The notes beneath the pieces are model-generated. The model was not told the DNA's origin and made no database searches. It worked only from the letters and a program-made list of their open reading frames with translations. A DNA stretch of 62,579 nucleotides, filler included. It is 8 parts of 8 records of this genome, joined end to end, with 100 filler letters (N's around TTAATTAATTAA, not from the genome) between each part and the next. Parts side by side here need not be neighbours in the genome. Positions count along the whole stretch, not along the records: positions 1 to 5,254 come from SRR31147125_48285; positions 5,355 to 16,745 come from SRR31147125_48291; 6 more parts are not named here. One strand, written 5' to 3'. Positions 1 to 11,065 of the stretch are shown here, piece after piece; within the stretch, counting starts at the first letter, position 1, and the number at the start of each line of letters is the position of its first letter. The position numbers and the translations under genes were made by a program.

Positions 1-38
1 TTCTCGCGCTTTTCCGATCGGCTCTCCTGCCCGTTCAT
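1..38 (-). CDS. 5' end of a gene translationally coupled to psd, probably CDP-diacylglycerol--serine O-phosphatidyltransferase (PssA); truncated by the window edge
   Basis: ATG at 38-36 overlaps the psd TGA (ATGA) and reads MNGQESRSEKRE to the edge. Identity rests only on the usual psd-pssA gene order. Confidence 0.4.
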   Translation of the reverse strand, partial: MNGQESRSEKRE

Positions 39-679
39 TCCACTAAACCTATAATGGTCTCACCGCCCGTCACTTTATCACCGATCGCCACATCTATTTT
101 CCACTCCTTGGGAAAGTAAACATCCACCCTTGAGCCGAAGCGGATGATGCCATAGCGCACCCCCTTCTGGAGCTCGTCTCCGATTTCCGGATAGGAAACA
201 ATGCGCCGCGCAATCAGGCCCGCGATCTGAACCACAAGGATCTGCTTCCCTTCTTCGGTTTCCATTATGATTCCGGACTGTTCGTTCAGTTCGCTCGACT
301 TGTCCAGGGTCGCGTTCAAAAATTTCCCCTTGTTGTAATACAGGTCGACAACCTTCCCCGTCAAGGGGACACGATTGACGTGCACATTGAACATCGACAT
401 GAAGATACTGATCTTGTTGACCTCGGCGTTGAGAAAACGCTCTTCGTTCACCACTCCCGCGAAAACAATTTTCCCGTCAGCCGGAGAAATAATGGCCTTT
501 TCATCACCTGGTACGCGGCGTTCAGGATTGCGAAAAAAATAGGTCGTAAATAGAGTCAACGTCAACAGCAGAAGGGTCAAACATCCCCAGCCCAAAACCG
601 CAAACACCAGAGTGACAAAGCCCATCAGCAATATAAAAGGATACCCTTCCTTGGCAATCGGCAGATTTTGGTTTCTCAT
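35..679 (-). CDS. psd: Phosphatidylserine decarboxylase proenzyme (short type)
   Basis: N-terminal TM segments, FFRNPER, SPADG, FMSMFNVHVNR, QIAGLIARRI and the self-cleavage motif RFGSRVD. Confidence 0.93.
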   Translation of the reverse strand: MRNQNLPIAKEGYPFILLMGFVTLVFAVLGWGCLTLLLLTLTLFTTYFFRNPERRVPGDEKAIISPADGKIVFAGVVNEERFLNAEVNKISIFMSMFNVHVNRVPLTGKVVDLYYNKGKFLNATLDKSSELNEQSGIIMETEEGKQILVVQIAGLIARRIVSYPEIGDELQKGVRYGIIRFGSRVDVYFPKEWKIDVAIGDKVTGGETIIGLVE

Positions 680-783
680 CTCTTTCAGCTCCCCTTAACC
701 CGTTTTATCCATAATCCGGGTTAAAACTGGTTGAGTTTTCCAGAAATATTTTTCCAACCCGTTGATGCGTAATCGGTCGGAAA

Positions 784-1818
<1,035 letters not shown>

Positions 1819-1830
1819 TTATGTTGAATT

Positions 1831-2322
1831 TTATTTTTCACCCATTTTGGCACCACGGGCCAGAACCACCGGCCCAGTCCTCACCACTTCCTTGATTCCC
1901 ATCGGTTTCAACAGTTCAATAATCGCATCCACTTTGGACGTGGTTCCGGTCACCTCGATGGAGTAGCAACGAGGCGCCACATCAATGATCTTGGCCCTGA
2001 AAATATCTGATATTCTCAATACTTCCGCCCGAGTCGTTTCCTCGGCATTGACCTTGATGAGAGCCATCTCCCTGGCCACACAGTCCTTGTGGGTGAAATC
2101 TATGACTTTTATGGTATTAATCAGCTTATGCAGCTGCTTGTTGATCTGTTCGATAATCCGGTCATCGCCACGGGTCACAATCGTCATGCGCGAAATGCTC
2201 GGCTCCAGGGTCGGGGCAACAGAAAGACTTTCAATATTGAAGCCGCGACCGGAGAAAAGGCCCGCAACCCGCGCCAGAACACCGAACTCGTTTTGCACGA
2301 GAACAGAAATCGTATGTTTCAT
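1831..2322 (-). CDS. ilvN: Acetolactate synthase small (regulatory) subunit
   Basis: ACT domain GVLARVAGLFSGRGFNIESL; GGAGGAG RBS supports ATG 2322 rather than 2349. Confidence 0.95.
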   Translation of the reverse strand: MKHTISVLVQNEFGVLARVAGLFSGRGFNIESLSVAPTLEPSISRMTIVTRGDDRIIEQINKQLHKLINTIKVIDFTHKDCVAREMALIKVNAEETTRAEVLRISDIFRAKIIDVAPRCYSIEVTGTTSKVDAIIELLKPMGIKEVVRTGPVVLARGAKMGEK

Positions 2323-2367
2323 TAAGCTATTCTCCTCCCTGAAAAACAACCGGCCTATTAACCCAAG

Positions 2368-4065
2368 TTAAGAAGCCAGAACCATTTCATTCAAACTTTT
2401 ACCCGCCGGGACCATCGGCATGACGTTCTCTTCCCGTGACACCTTGAATTCCATGATGACCGGTCCGGGGGTTTCCAATGCCTTGCGGATGGTCGCCTCC
2501 ACTTCATCCGGATGGGCGGCGGTCAGTCCCGTTGCGCCATAGGCTTCCGCCAGCTTGACGAAATCGATGGGGACCTCCATGCGCGTCTGGCTGTAGCGCC
2601 TGTCGAAAAAGAGCTGCTGCCACTGCCGGACCATGCCGAGGAAATTGTTATTGAGGATGGCAATCTTCACTGGCAGATTGTACTGGACCAGGGTCGCGAG
2701 TTCCTGGGAATTCATTTGAAAAGAACCGTCCCCCGAGATATCGATAACCTGCCGGTCCTTGTAGGCGGCCTGGGCGCCGAGAGCGCTTGGCAAACCGTAA
2801 CCCATTGTGCCCAACCCACCCGAGGTCAGAAAAGTCCTGGGCTGGGTAAAGTCAAAAAACTGGGCGGTCCACATCTGGTGCTGGCCAACTTCCGTGGTGA
2901 TAATCGCGTCGTCGTTGGTCAGCTCACGAATTTTTTCGATGACGAACTGGGGTTTTATCTCGCGGTCGGATGGTTCGTAGCGCATCGGTTGTTCTTTCTT
3001 CCAGGCTTCCGTCTTCTGTCGCCAGTGAACCGTTTCATCAATAAGGCTGCTGACTCCCTCGCTCTCCTGAGAAAGCCTCTTGACCAGTTTTTCCAGAACG
3101 TCATGGAGGTCGCCGACAATGGGAAGGTCAACGCGGACGTTTTTCTTGATGGACGTCGGGTCAATATCGACATGGATAATTTTGGCGTGCGAGGCAAAGG
3201 TCGCCACTTTTCCGGTAACCCGGTCATCAAAGCGCGCCCCCACGGCAATCAGCAGATCCGACTCGGTCACCGCCATATTGGCGAAATAGGTCCCGTGCAT
3301 GCCAAGAAGACCAAGAGACAGAGGGTGCTGCTTGGGGAAGGCGGCCATCCCCATCAGGGTCGTGGTCACCGGAGCCTGAATGAGTTCAGCCAGCTTTTTC
3401 AGCCATTCCCCGGCTTCCGGCGAATTGACACCACCGCCCACATAGAGGACCGGCTTCCTGGCGGCGAGAATCATTTCCACGCCTTTGTCAACCTGGCGGA
3501 CGTTGCCGCTGTAGGTCGGTTTATAACCGGGGAGAATAACCTTCTCCGGATATTTGAACGTACTGGTCGCCACCTGAACATCTTTGGGCAGATCCACCAG
3601 AACCGGGCCGGGACGGCCGGTGCGGGCAATAAAAAAGGCCTCCTTGATAATCCGCGGCAGATCCTTGATATCCTGTACCAGGTAATTATGCTTGGTCACA
3701 GGTCGCGTGATGCCGACGATATCCGCCTCCTGGAAAGCATCGTTGCCGATGAGCGGCGTCGGGACCTGACCGGTAATAATAACCATGGGAACCGAATCCA
3801 TGGCAGCAGTGGCAATCCCTGTCACTGTATTGGTGGCTCCTGGTCCGCTGGTGGCAAAAGCCACGCCCACTTGGCCGGTGGCTCGTGCATAGCCATCCGC
3901 CGCGTGTACGGCCGCCTGTTCGTGGCGAGTCAGGATGTGGTTAATGGGGGAATCGAAAAGATCATTGTAAATATTGATAACAGCTCCGCCCGGATAGCCA
4001 AATACAGTTTCCACCCCTTCCTGGCAAAGACATTCCAACAAAATCTGGGAACCGGTCATTTTCAC
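2368..4065 (-). CDS. ilvB: Acetolactate synthase large subunit, biosynthetic
   Basis: [28 protein letters not shown], ThDP motif GDGSFQM..NN. Confidence 0.97.
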   Translation of the reverse strand: MKMTGSQILLECLCQEGVETVFGYPGGAVINIYNDLFDSPINHILTRHEQAAVHAADGYARATGQVGVAFATSGPGATNTVTGIATAAMDSVPMVIITGQVPTPLIGNDAFQEADIVGITRPVTKHNYLVQDIKDLPRIIKEAFFIARTGRPGPVLVDLPKDVQVATSTFKYPEKVILPGYKPTYSGNVRQVDKGVEMILAARKPVLYVGGGVNSPEAGEWLKKLAELIQAPVTTTLMGMAAFPKQHPLSLGLLGMHGTYFANMAVTESDLLIAVGARFDDRVTGKVATFASHAKIIHVDIDPTSIKKNVRVDLPIVGDLHDVLEKLVKRLSQESEGVSSLIDETVHWRQKTEAWKKEQPMRYEPSDREIKPQFVIEKIRELTNDDAIITTEVGQHQMWTAQFFDFTQPRTFLTSGGLGTMGYGLPSALGAQAAYKDRQVIDISGDGSFQMNSQELATLVQYNLPVKIAILNNNFLGMVRQWQQLFFDRRYSQTRMEVPIDFVKLAEAYGATGLTAAHPDEVEATIRKALETPGPVIMEFKVSREENVMPMVPAGKSLNEMVLAS

Positions 4066-4165
4066 TGCAGGTCTCCTAATGTACTTTCATAGCATGTTCA
4101 GGTTGATTTTTACCCAGGATTCCAGGAGATAAATACTCCACCCACGCTGGCCCTTCGGACCGGCA

Positions 4166-5254
4166 TCACTTGAGAACCGCTCCCATACCGGCGTTCTGAA
4201 CCAGTTGGGAGTACCTTTTCAGGTAGCCGTAGTCTATTTTCGGTGTAAAAGGCTTCAGTTCGGCTCGGCGTTTTTCGATTTCCCCTGCCGTCAAGTCCGC
4301 TTCGAGCAGATGCTGGTCGAGGGAAATCCGAATGTTGTCCCCATCCTTCAGCAGGGCAATCAGGCCACCCTCCGCAGCCTCGGGGGAAATATGGCCGATG
4401 CACGCCCCCCGGGTTCCACCCGAGAAACGTCCGTCGGTAATCAGGGCAACGCTCTCTCCAAGTCCCTGGCCCATGATATAAGAGGTCGGCGCCAGCATTT
4501 CCTGCATACCCGGCCCACCCTTGGGCCCCTCATAACGAATCACCACGACATGGCCGGCCTGAACCTTGCCGGCCAGAATTCCCTCGCAGGCATCGACCTG
4601 ACTGTCGAAAATAATGGCTTTGCCTTCAAAATTCATCATGCCCGCGGCAACACCGGCTTTTTTGACCACGGCTCCCTGCTCGGCCAGATTCCCATGGAGA
4701 ATGGTCAAACCGCCATCCTTGGAATAGGCCGTAGCTACGGAACGAATCACTTCGGCATCGCGAATTTCTGCATCCGCAATATTTTCGCCCAGGGATTTAC
4801 CGGTAACGGTCGGGCAATCCTCGCGCAACAGACCGGAAATGGAAGAAACTTCCTTGAGAATGGCGCTGACACCGCCGGCACGGTCCACATCCTCGATATG
4901 GAAATGGGAGGAGGGGGATACCTTACAGATATTAGGACATTTCTTCGAGATCGCGTTGATCCGGTTCAAATCATAGTCCACTTCCGCTTCCTGGGCAATA
5001 GCGAGGGAGTGCAGAACCGTATTGGTGCTGCCGCCCATAGCCATATCCAGGGCAAAAGCGTTGTCCAGAGAGGCCGCGGTAACGATTTCCCGGGGCAGCG
5101 GCCCCCTGTCTCGGGCCATTGCAACGACCCTGCGGGCGGCCTCGAGGTAAAGGTTCTGACGTTTCGGATCCGCGGCCAGAACGGTTCCGTTTCCGGGCAG
5201 GGCCATGCCGATGCCCTCGCAGAGGCAGTTCATGGAATTGGCCGTGAACATCCC
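4166..5254 (-). CDS. ilvD: Dihydroxy-acid dehydratase, 5'-truncated at the contig end
   Basis: [41 protein letters not shown]. Confidence 0.96.
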   Translation of the reverse strand, partial: GMFTANSMNCLCEGIGMALPGNGTVLAADPKRQNLYLEAARRVVAMARDRGPLPREIVTAASLDNAFALDMAMGGSTNTVLHSLAIAQEAEVDYDLNRINAISKKCPNICKVSPSSHFHIEDVDRAGGVSAILKEVSSISGLLREDCPTVTGKSLGENIADAEIRDAEVIRSVATAYSKDGGLTILHGNLAEQGAVVKKAGVAAGMMNFEGKAIIFDSQVDACEGILAGKVQAGHVVVIRYEGPKGGPGMQEMLAPTSYIMGQGLGESVALITDGRFSGGTRGACIGHISPEAAEGGLIALLKDGDNIRISLDQHLLEADLTAGEIEKRRAELKPFTPKIDYGYLKRYSQLVQNAGMGAVLK

Positions 5255-5354
5255 NNNNNNNNNNNNNNNNNNNNNNNNNNNNNNNNNNNNNNNNNNNNTT
5301 AATTAATTAANNNNNNNNNNNNNNNNNNNNNNNNNNNNNNNNNNNNNNNNNNNN
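5255..5354. other. Artificial contig spacer
   Basis: N-run + TTAATTAATTAA (stops in all six frames) + N-run, 100 nt. Confidence 0.99.
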
Positions 5355-5393
5355 ATGCCATTCAAGCGCTCTAGCCAACTGAGCTATACCCCC
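5355..5393 (-). tRNA. tRNA-Ala(GGC), 5' half only, cut by the contig end
   Basis: Minus strand reads GGGGGTA-TA-GCTCAGTTGGCTAGAGC-G-CTTGA-ATGGCAT: acceptor 5' strand, D arm and anticodon loop with GGC. Confidence 0.88.
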
Positions 5394-5474
5394 GTAAATC
5401 ACGGTATGTAACACACTGTCGTAGAAACCTTTAATTCTTTTAATAGTATGTAGTTAACATGATGTAACACGCAT

Positions 5475-5504
5475 ATGCTATCACTAACAATCATAGGCTG
5501 TCAA
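5475..5504 (-). promoter_or_regulatory. Putative sigma70 promoter for the tRNA
   Basis: Minus strand TTGACA (5504-5499), 18 nt, then TAGCAT (5480-5475) preceded by TG. Confidence 0.5.
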
Positions 5505-5660
5505 CAGGGTTGGGTGACAAAGGTGATATACGAGAAACTTGCAGGTGCATGATTGCCCTGTTTTGAAGGAGGAAAAGTCCTTCGATCCTGCTGATGGAAT
5601 ACAGATAACGATAATAGATTTTTTACAATGAGATTTATTTCGCATACAACTAATAATTTC

Positions 5661-5713
5661 TTGACAGGAGAAAAACTTCGGATTACCATAATTGTTAGCA
5701 GAAAACGTTTTCT
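5661..5713 (+). promoter_or_regulatory. Putative sigma70 promoter with a downstream LacI-type palindromic operator
   Basis: TTGACA (5661-5666), 17 nt, TACCAT (5684-5689); perfect palindrome AGAAAACGTTTTCT at 5700-5713. Confidence 0.55.
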
Positions 5714-5882
5714 TCCAACAGTTAACAATTAATAAATAACTATAAATGAGGTTTTGTGAAGAAATGGAGAATCGGAGTAATGTGAAAAACTCTCATCAAA
5801 GATTGCCGGTTTGATAAAAAAATGGTTTTAAAAATAGATTTGTTAATTAGTAAGGTATAGTAATTACACAGTTATATAATAG

Positions 5883-5906
5883 ATGGTATGTGACAAAACA
5901 TACCAT
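5883..5906. promoter_or_regulatory. Inverted repeat, candidate regulator binding site
   Basis: ATGGTATGT-GACAAA-ACATACCAT: perfect 9-bp arms, 6-nt spacer, upstream of the cluster. Confidence 0.45.
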
Positions 5907-6062
5907 ATTAGAGAAAACGCTAGTAAAAAACATTATTTTAATTTTTTCATGTTGTGAGTTTCTTTTAGCTGATATAGAATGAAAAAAGTTTGGTTTAGTA
6001 ATAAGTTATATAAGTTATACAAATTAACTATTAAGTCAAAAAAACAACTTAGGAGGATGAAA

Positions 6063-6662
6063 ATGCGTAAGTATGCTTTTTCATTGTTATTATTTTTAAT
6101 TTTATTAATCCTGCCAATGCAGGTTTTCGCAGAAGTTACCGGGGATCCTATTCAAAAATACTCGGCTCCATTATTGATTACGAATGCGGGTCAAGGACCT
6201 GGCGGGAAAATGGCTAGGTTGTTGATTGGACAAGCCAGAGTTCTTACATTAAATCAGGATTTCTTTTATAAATCTGAACCGTTAGAAAATGATCTGGAAG
6301 ATTTAGAGTATTCCTGTTTATTAGTTGTTATTGGATCAACTGATAAAGGCCTTGGTGCTTCAGGAATAACTATAGACGATGAAATAGAACGTCTTGAAAA
6401 GATGATTGATCATGCTAAGGATATTGATCTACCAATAATTGCATTACTTTTAGAGAAAGATAAAAGATCATCAATCAAAACAAATGCAAATGAACGCTGT
6501 ATTGATTTAGTTTGTCCTCAATCTGATTGGATGATTGTAGTTGAAGGCGGTAATACTGATAAAAGGTTTGATGCAATAAGTGATAAATATGATATTCCGC
6601 TAACACAAATTGGAAGTGCGATGGAATTTATGATGCTGTCAAAAAAGATTTTCACAAAATAA
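6063..6662 (+). CDS. Exported DUF6305-like protein
   Basis: AGGAGG RBS at 6051-6056; signal peptide ending VFA; motifs LITNAGQGP and VIGSTDKGLGASGI..DDEIER recalled as DUF6305. Confidence 0.7.
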   Translation: MRKYAFSLLLFLILLILPMQVFAEVTGDPIQKYSAPLLITNAGQGPGGKMARLLIGQARVLTLNQDFFYKSEPLENDLEDLEYSCLLVVIGSTDKGLGASGITIDDEIERLEKMIDHAKDIDLPIIALLLEKDKRSSIKTNANERCIDLVCPQSDWMIVVEGGNTDKRFDAISDKYDIPLTQIGSAMEFMMLSKKIFTK

Positions 6663-6677
6663 TCTGGAGGATTATTG

Positions 6678-7978
6678 ATGTATTTAATAACAGCTATTCT
6701 ACTTGTTTTAATGATAGCAATATTTGTTTTTAGCAGTATTAAATTTAAATCTCCAGAGATATCAATGGTTTTTGCGGGAGTTGTGATTGCTGTTGTTGGC
6801 TGGGGTTTAATTGATGGGTTAAATAATCCAATAAATTATCTTGTTGAAGGTTTATTTACAAACTTAGATTTAGCAATTCTGTTTATAACAGCTTCATTCT
6901 TTATCAATGTTTATGCTTATTCAGGATCTCTGGATACAGTTACAAGAAAACTGGTAAGTACATTTAGTAATAAATGGATTCTACTGTTTTTCATGGCTAT
7001 ATTCATGATTGTCCCGGGTGCTTTAACTGGAGCCGGAAGTGTTTCTGTTTTTGTTATGGGGGCCTTAGTAGCCACAGTAGTAGGCTATATGGGGCTGTCA
7101 AAAAGAAAAACTGCCGCTTTTGTGTTTGTTTTTGCAATACTGTCGGCTGCTGCTCCGCCAATTAACTTATGGACAATGATAATGACAGCCCAGGCAAATA
7201 TGCCGTATGTAGGATTTGCAAAATTACTAACTATTCCATTAGTAATAACAGGGATTTTCGCAATTATCTATTTAGGCTGGGGATCCAAGCCGGAATCAAC
7301 AGAGAAAATACTTAAAGAACTACCCGAAGCAACTGAAGGAATGAATCTTGTTCGTATTATATTACCTTTGGCAACAATAGCAGCATTAATTCTTTTATCA
7401 CTCTATTTACCTTGGAATATTCCGGTATTGGGGCTGCCTCTTATGTTTGTTCTCTCGACTGTTGTGGCAATTCTTTGTAATCCGAAGAAAACTTCGTTTA
7501 AGCAGTATAGAGAAATCTTAGATGGTACGATGGAACAGGTTTTTCCTCTTGCAGCCACCGTAATTAGTGTAGGGTTGCTGCAAAGTGCAATGACTGCTAC
7601 AGGAGTAAAAGGGTTAATCGGTATAGCCTTTGTTACTTTACCGATTGTATTCATTTATGTTTTTGTACTGATCGTCGGTCCTTTTTCCCAAGGTTGTTTA
7701 AGTTACGGCAGTGCAATAATTATTGGAACACCTTTAATTTTCATGTTCAATACAGCAGGTTTTGATACAACCGTTGTATGTGCAGCTTTGAGTATTATAT
7801 TCCCAATAGGAGATTGTTTACCTCCTTCAAGAATTGTTGGAAGGCTAACTTGTGAAGTCACTGGATACAAAGGGAAATATACGACTTTTCTCAAAAAATC
7901 TTTTTCCCTTGTTTAGTTCTGGGATCTATAGCCTTGTTGATGCTCATTTTCCCAAATGAGTTGTCATTCTTGAAGTAG
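6678..7978 (+). CDS. DctM/TRAP-large-subunit-like (IT superfamily) permease; probable 1-nt error in the A6 run at 7893-7898
   Basis: About 12 hydrophobic segments; PGALTG, AAAPPINL, GDCLPPS hairpin-type motifs; adding one A extends the frame through a last TM helix (IFFPCLVLGSIALLMLIFP) to TAG 7976-7978. Confidence 0.75.
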
Positions 7979-7990
7979 TTGGGGGTATTT

Positions 7991-8167
7991 ATGTTAATTT
8001 TTTTACAATCAGTCATCCATTATTTTTACTTTGTATTGAATGCCATAATTTTATATTACTTTGTTAAACATCTCCTGAAAAGAAAGAAAAAGGTAAATTT
8101 AGTATATGACATTGTATATGCATATACTTGCATTCCTTTTTTATTAAGAATGTTATTTATTAAATAG
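7991..8167 (+). CDS. 58-aa two-TM membrane protein
   Basis: GGGGG RBS before ATG 7991; two hydrophobic stretches separated by KRKKK; fills the gap between permease and deacylase. Confidence 0.65.
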   Translation: MLIFLQSVIHYFYFVLNAIILYYFVKHLLKRKKKVNLVYDIVYAYTCIPFLLRMLFIK

Positions 8168-8212
8168 TATTTAGAGGGTAAAAATGAGTAAAAAAATAAA
8201 ATAATAAAACCT

Positions 8213-9397
8213 ATGATAAGTACTAATAAGATAAAATTCTTAATAATTGGAATAATGCTTATTTTTACGATTATAGCAGGAAGAAATTTTTGGTTGTTAA
8301 GACATTATAAGGAGACTTTTGTCGCTTCAGATGCTTTAACTGAGATTAAATGGTTAAGTGATTATGAACCTTCCTTAAAAGGAAGTTGGAATGATACACC
8401 TGTTTATTTTTTTGATTCAGGTGTAGAAGGTGGAACAGTTTTTTACATGGCTAATGTTCATCCTTATGAACCGGCCAGTGCCTTATCTGCTTATATCCTC
8501 ATGGAAAATATTACTGTTGATAAAGGTAAGGTAATTGTAATACCACAAGGGAATTTCAGTGCTTCAACACAAGGTGTCGTTGGGAATGCCTTTCCTCCTT
8601 ATCATCATGTAGAAACCCCCTGGGGCGTGAAAAAGTATAAAATTGGGGATAGGGGAACTCATCCATTGGATCAATGGCCGGATCCTTTTACGTATGTAAA
8701 CTATCCATCTGGTCAAAGCCTGGCATATCAGGATATCAGGAATATGAACAGGACTTACCCAGGAAGAGCAGATGGTACACAAACAGAACGTGCTGCTTAT
8801 GCAATTATGGAATTAATCAGGCAGGAAAATGTTGATATTTCAATTGATATTCACGAAGCATCAATAATGTATCCTGTTGTGAATACGTATGTTGCTCCTG
8901 ATAAATCCCTGGATATTGCGATGATGGCAGCCATGAATTTAACGGATTCTACTTTCGATATGAAATGTGAAGCTTCACCAGCAAGTTTAAAGGGTCTTTC
9001 TCATAGAGAATGGGGAGATTATAGTGATACGCTACCTTTCTTGATGGAAACTGCTGAGCCGTTTATCGATCGTATTACAGGACCCGTTACTGAAGCTCTT
9101 TGTGTAGATGGTAAAGATCCTTTCCTTGCAACCGCTGCTGAACATGGTCTTACCTTTGTTGATTATGATTATGAGACCGGCTCACCTATGTGGCAACGCT
9201 GTGGACGACATTTGTCTGGTGCTTTGGAAGTTATTTTCTGGGCAAGTGCATTCTTCCCGGAAATGGAAGTAATTTGCTCTTGGCCGACTTATCAGGATCT
9301 GGAAGAAAATGGCACTGGTTATTTTCTTCACGACCCAGAAGATCCTGAAAATATAGATAGGGTACAAAAGGTTTATTATAAACCTTTAAATAATTAA
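8213..9397 (+). CDS. Membrane-anchored succinylglutamate desuccinylase/aspartoacylase (M14-clan Zn carboxypeptidase-like) protein
   Basis: N-terminal TM; HPYE (HxxE Zn ligands), NRTYPG, DIHE. Confidence 0.8.
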   Translation: MISTNKIKFLIIGIMLIFTIIAGRNFWLLRHYKETFVASDALTEIKWLSDYEPSLKGSWNDTPVYFFDSGVEGGTVFYMANVHPYEPASALSAYILMENITVDKGKVIVIPQGNFSASTQGVVGNAFPPYHHVETPWGVKKYKIGDRGTHPLDQWPDPFTYVNYPSGQSLAYQDIRNMNRTYPGRADGTQTERAAYAIMELIRQENVDISIDIHEASIMYPVVNTYVAPDKSLDIAMMAAMNLTDSTFDMKCEASPASLKGLSHREWGDYSDTLPFLMETAEPFIDRITGPVTEALCVDGKDPFLATAAEHGLTFVDYDYETGSPMWQRCGRHLSGALEVIFWASAFFPEMEVICSWPTYQDLEENGTGYFLHDPEDPENIDRVQKVYYKPLNN

Positions 9398-9412
9398 AAG
9401 AGGAAGGGAAGA

Positions 9413-11008
9413 ATGAAAAGAACAGTTTTGATTGCGATGTGTGTGGTTTGTTCACTGATGTTATTCTTTGGACAAAATCTTTTTGCATGTACCATTTTCG
9501 CTGTGGGAAGAGATGCAACGACTGATAACTCGACCATTGTGACGCATAATGATGACTCCAGTGGTGCAGATTTCAGGTTGTGGGTAATTCCTTCTATGGA
9601 GGCAGGTACTAGGGATCTCGTTATTGATTCTCATAACTATGGAGATTATGGTGAGTATCCTGAAGTAAAAGATTATGGTAACGGAACCAAGATTCTTGAA
9701 ATTGATCAGCCGGAAGAGACCAATCAGTACTTACACTCACGTTATTCATTTATGAATGACAAGGGTGTAGCTATGGGTGAATCTACCTTTGGAATTAACA
9801 GAAACACAGAATATGGTGCAAAAGTAAGAGAATTAATCTATGGTGATAATACCGGAATCATTGATTGCTGGAATGCTCAGGATATAGCTCTTGAAAGAGC
9901 ATCAACAGCAAGAGAAGCCGTACGAATTATGGGTGATTTAGTAGAAGAATTCGGATGGAAAGATTCTGGTGAAACTATCAATATTTGTGACGGAGAAGAA
10001 GTATGGATAGCAGAATTCTATGGTAAGGATTTATGGTGTGCCGTTAAGCTTCCGTCAAATGCATTTTTTGTAGCAGCAAACAGGGCTAGAATAGACCATT
10101 TTGACTTTGATGATCCTGAAAACTACATGTGTTCACCGAACTTGAAGAGCTTTGCAGTTGAGAATGATCTGTGGTCGGAAGGCGAAGAATTCAAGCCTAA
10201 TAAGATTTATGCACCGAACACCAGATTTTATTCATCAAGAAGAGAGTGGAGAGGTTATGATTTAGTAGCACCGAGCTTGAATCTTGATCCAAATGCTGAT
10301 GAATTTCCTATGTGGGTAATCCCGGAAGAAAAATTAAGTGTACAGGATATTTTTGAAATGACTGGTGATTACTACCAGGGAACTGAATTCGATCAGAGCA
10401 GAACACCGCAGGCTGGACCGTTTGGCAATGTTGCAGCATATGATTTACCAGAAAGAACAATCAACTTGTTCAGAACATGTTATGTGCAGATTGCGAATGT
10501 AAAATCATGGATGCCTGATGAAACGAAATGTCTTGTATGGTTTGGTTATGGAGCACCTGACTCAACTTACCTGACACCGCTTTGGGCCTCAATGAATAAG
10601 CTTCCGGAGTTATATAACACAGGAAGCCGATATGAAGAATTCAGAACTGATTCAGGCTGGTGGGTAAATTCATTTGTACAGCAGACAGCTACATCTAATT
10701 ACCAGGATGCAATTGTTACAATACATGAAACAAGAGGCGATAGGATGACTCAACAGTATGAAACTGTAACGAAATTGCAGAATACTGCTACACGGTTAGT
10801 GAAATATGGTGATCCTGAGGCAGCAGTTGATATGATCAGTGATTATGCATATTGGACTGCGGTTGATTGGCAGGAAGATTGGCTGGAAATGGGTAATAAA
10901 CTGTATGCCACCTATATGTGGGATAAGAAAGTATTTAGAACTCCGAAATATCCGGAATGGTGGTCAGATATTTTAAGCTCAGCACCGAATAAACCTTTAG
11001 ACAACTAA
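9413..11008 (+). CDS. Exported C69-family dipeptidase (Ntn hydrolase)
   Basis: Signal peptide ending LFA directly before the Cys nucleophile (CTIFAVG); THNDD, MNDKGVAMGEST, LERASTAREA, AANRARI. Confidence 0.85.
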   Translation: MKRTVLIAMCVVCSLMLFFGQNLFACTIFAVGRDATTDNSTIVTHNDDSSGADFRLWVIPSMEAGTRDLVIDSHNYGDYGEYPEVKDYGNGTKILEIDQPEETNQYLHSRYSFMNDKGVAMGESTFGINRNTEYGAKVRELIYGDNTGIIDCWNAQDIALERASTAREAVRIMGDLVEEFGWKDSGETINICDGEEVWIAEFYGKDLWCAVKLPSNAFFVAANRARIDHFDFDDPENYMCSPNLKSFAVENDLWSEGEEFKPNKIYAPNTRFYSSRREWRGYDLVAPSLNLDPNADEFPMWVIPEEKLSVQDIFEMTGDYYQGTEFDQSRTPQAGPFGNVAAYDLPERTINLFRTCYVQIANVKSWMPDETKCLVWFGYGAPDSTYLTPLWASMNKLPELYNTGSRYEEFRTDSGWWVNSFVQQTATSNYQDAIVTIHETRGDRMTQQYETVTKLQNTATRLVKYGDPEAAVDMISDYAYWTAVDWQEDWLEMGNKLYATYMWDKKVFRTPKYPEWWSDILSSAPNKPLDN

Positions 11009-11028
11009 AGGAAAAAGGTATATTATTT

Positions 11029-11059
11029 AAAAACAGGTGTGAAAGCACCTGTTTTTTTT
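11029..11059 (+). terminator. Intrinsic terminator between the C69 gene and pgsB
   Basis: AAAAACAGGTG-TGAAAG-CACCTG followed by T8. Confidence 0.8.
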
Positions 11060-11065
11060 ATATGT

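Noticed and set aside
5355-5400. tRNA-Ala as the attachment site of an integrative element carrying the pgs cluster
   Set aside because: The cluster is upstream of the tRNA 5' end, and no integrase or duplicated tRNA 3' fragment is visible on this contig.
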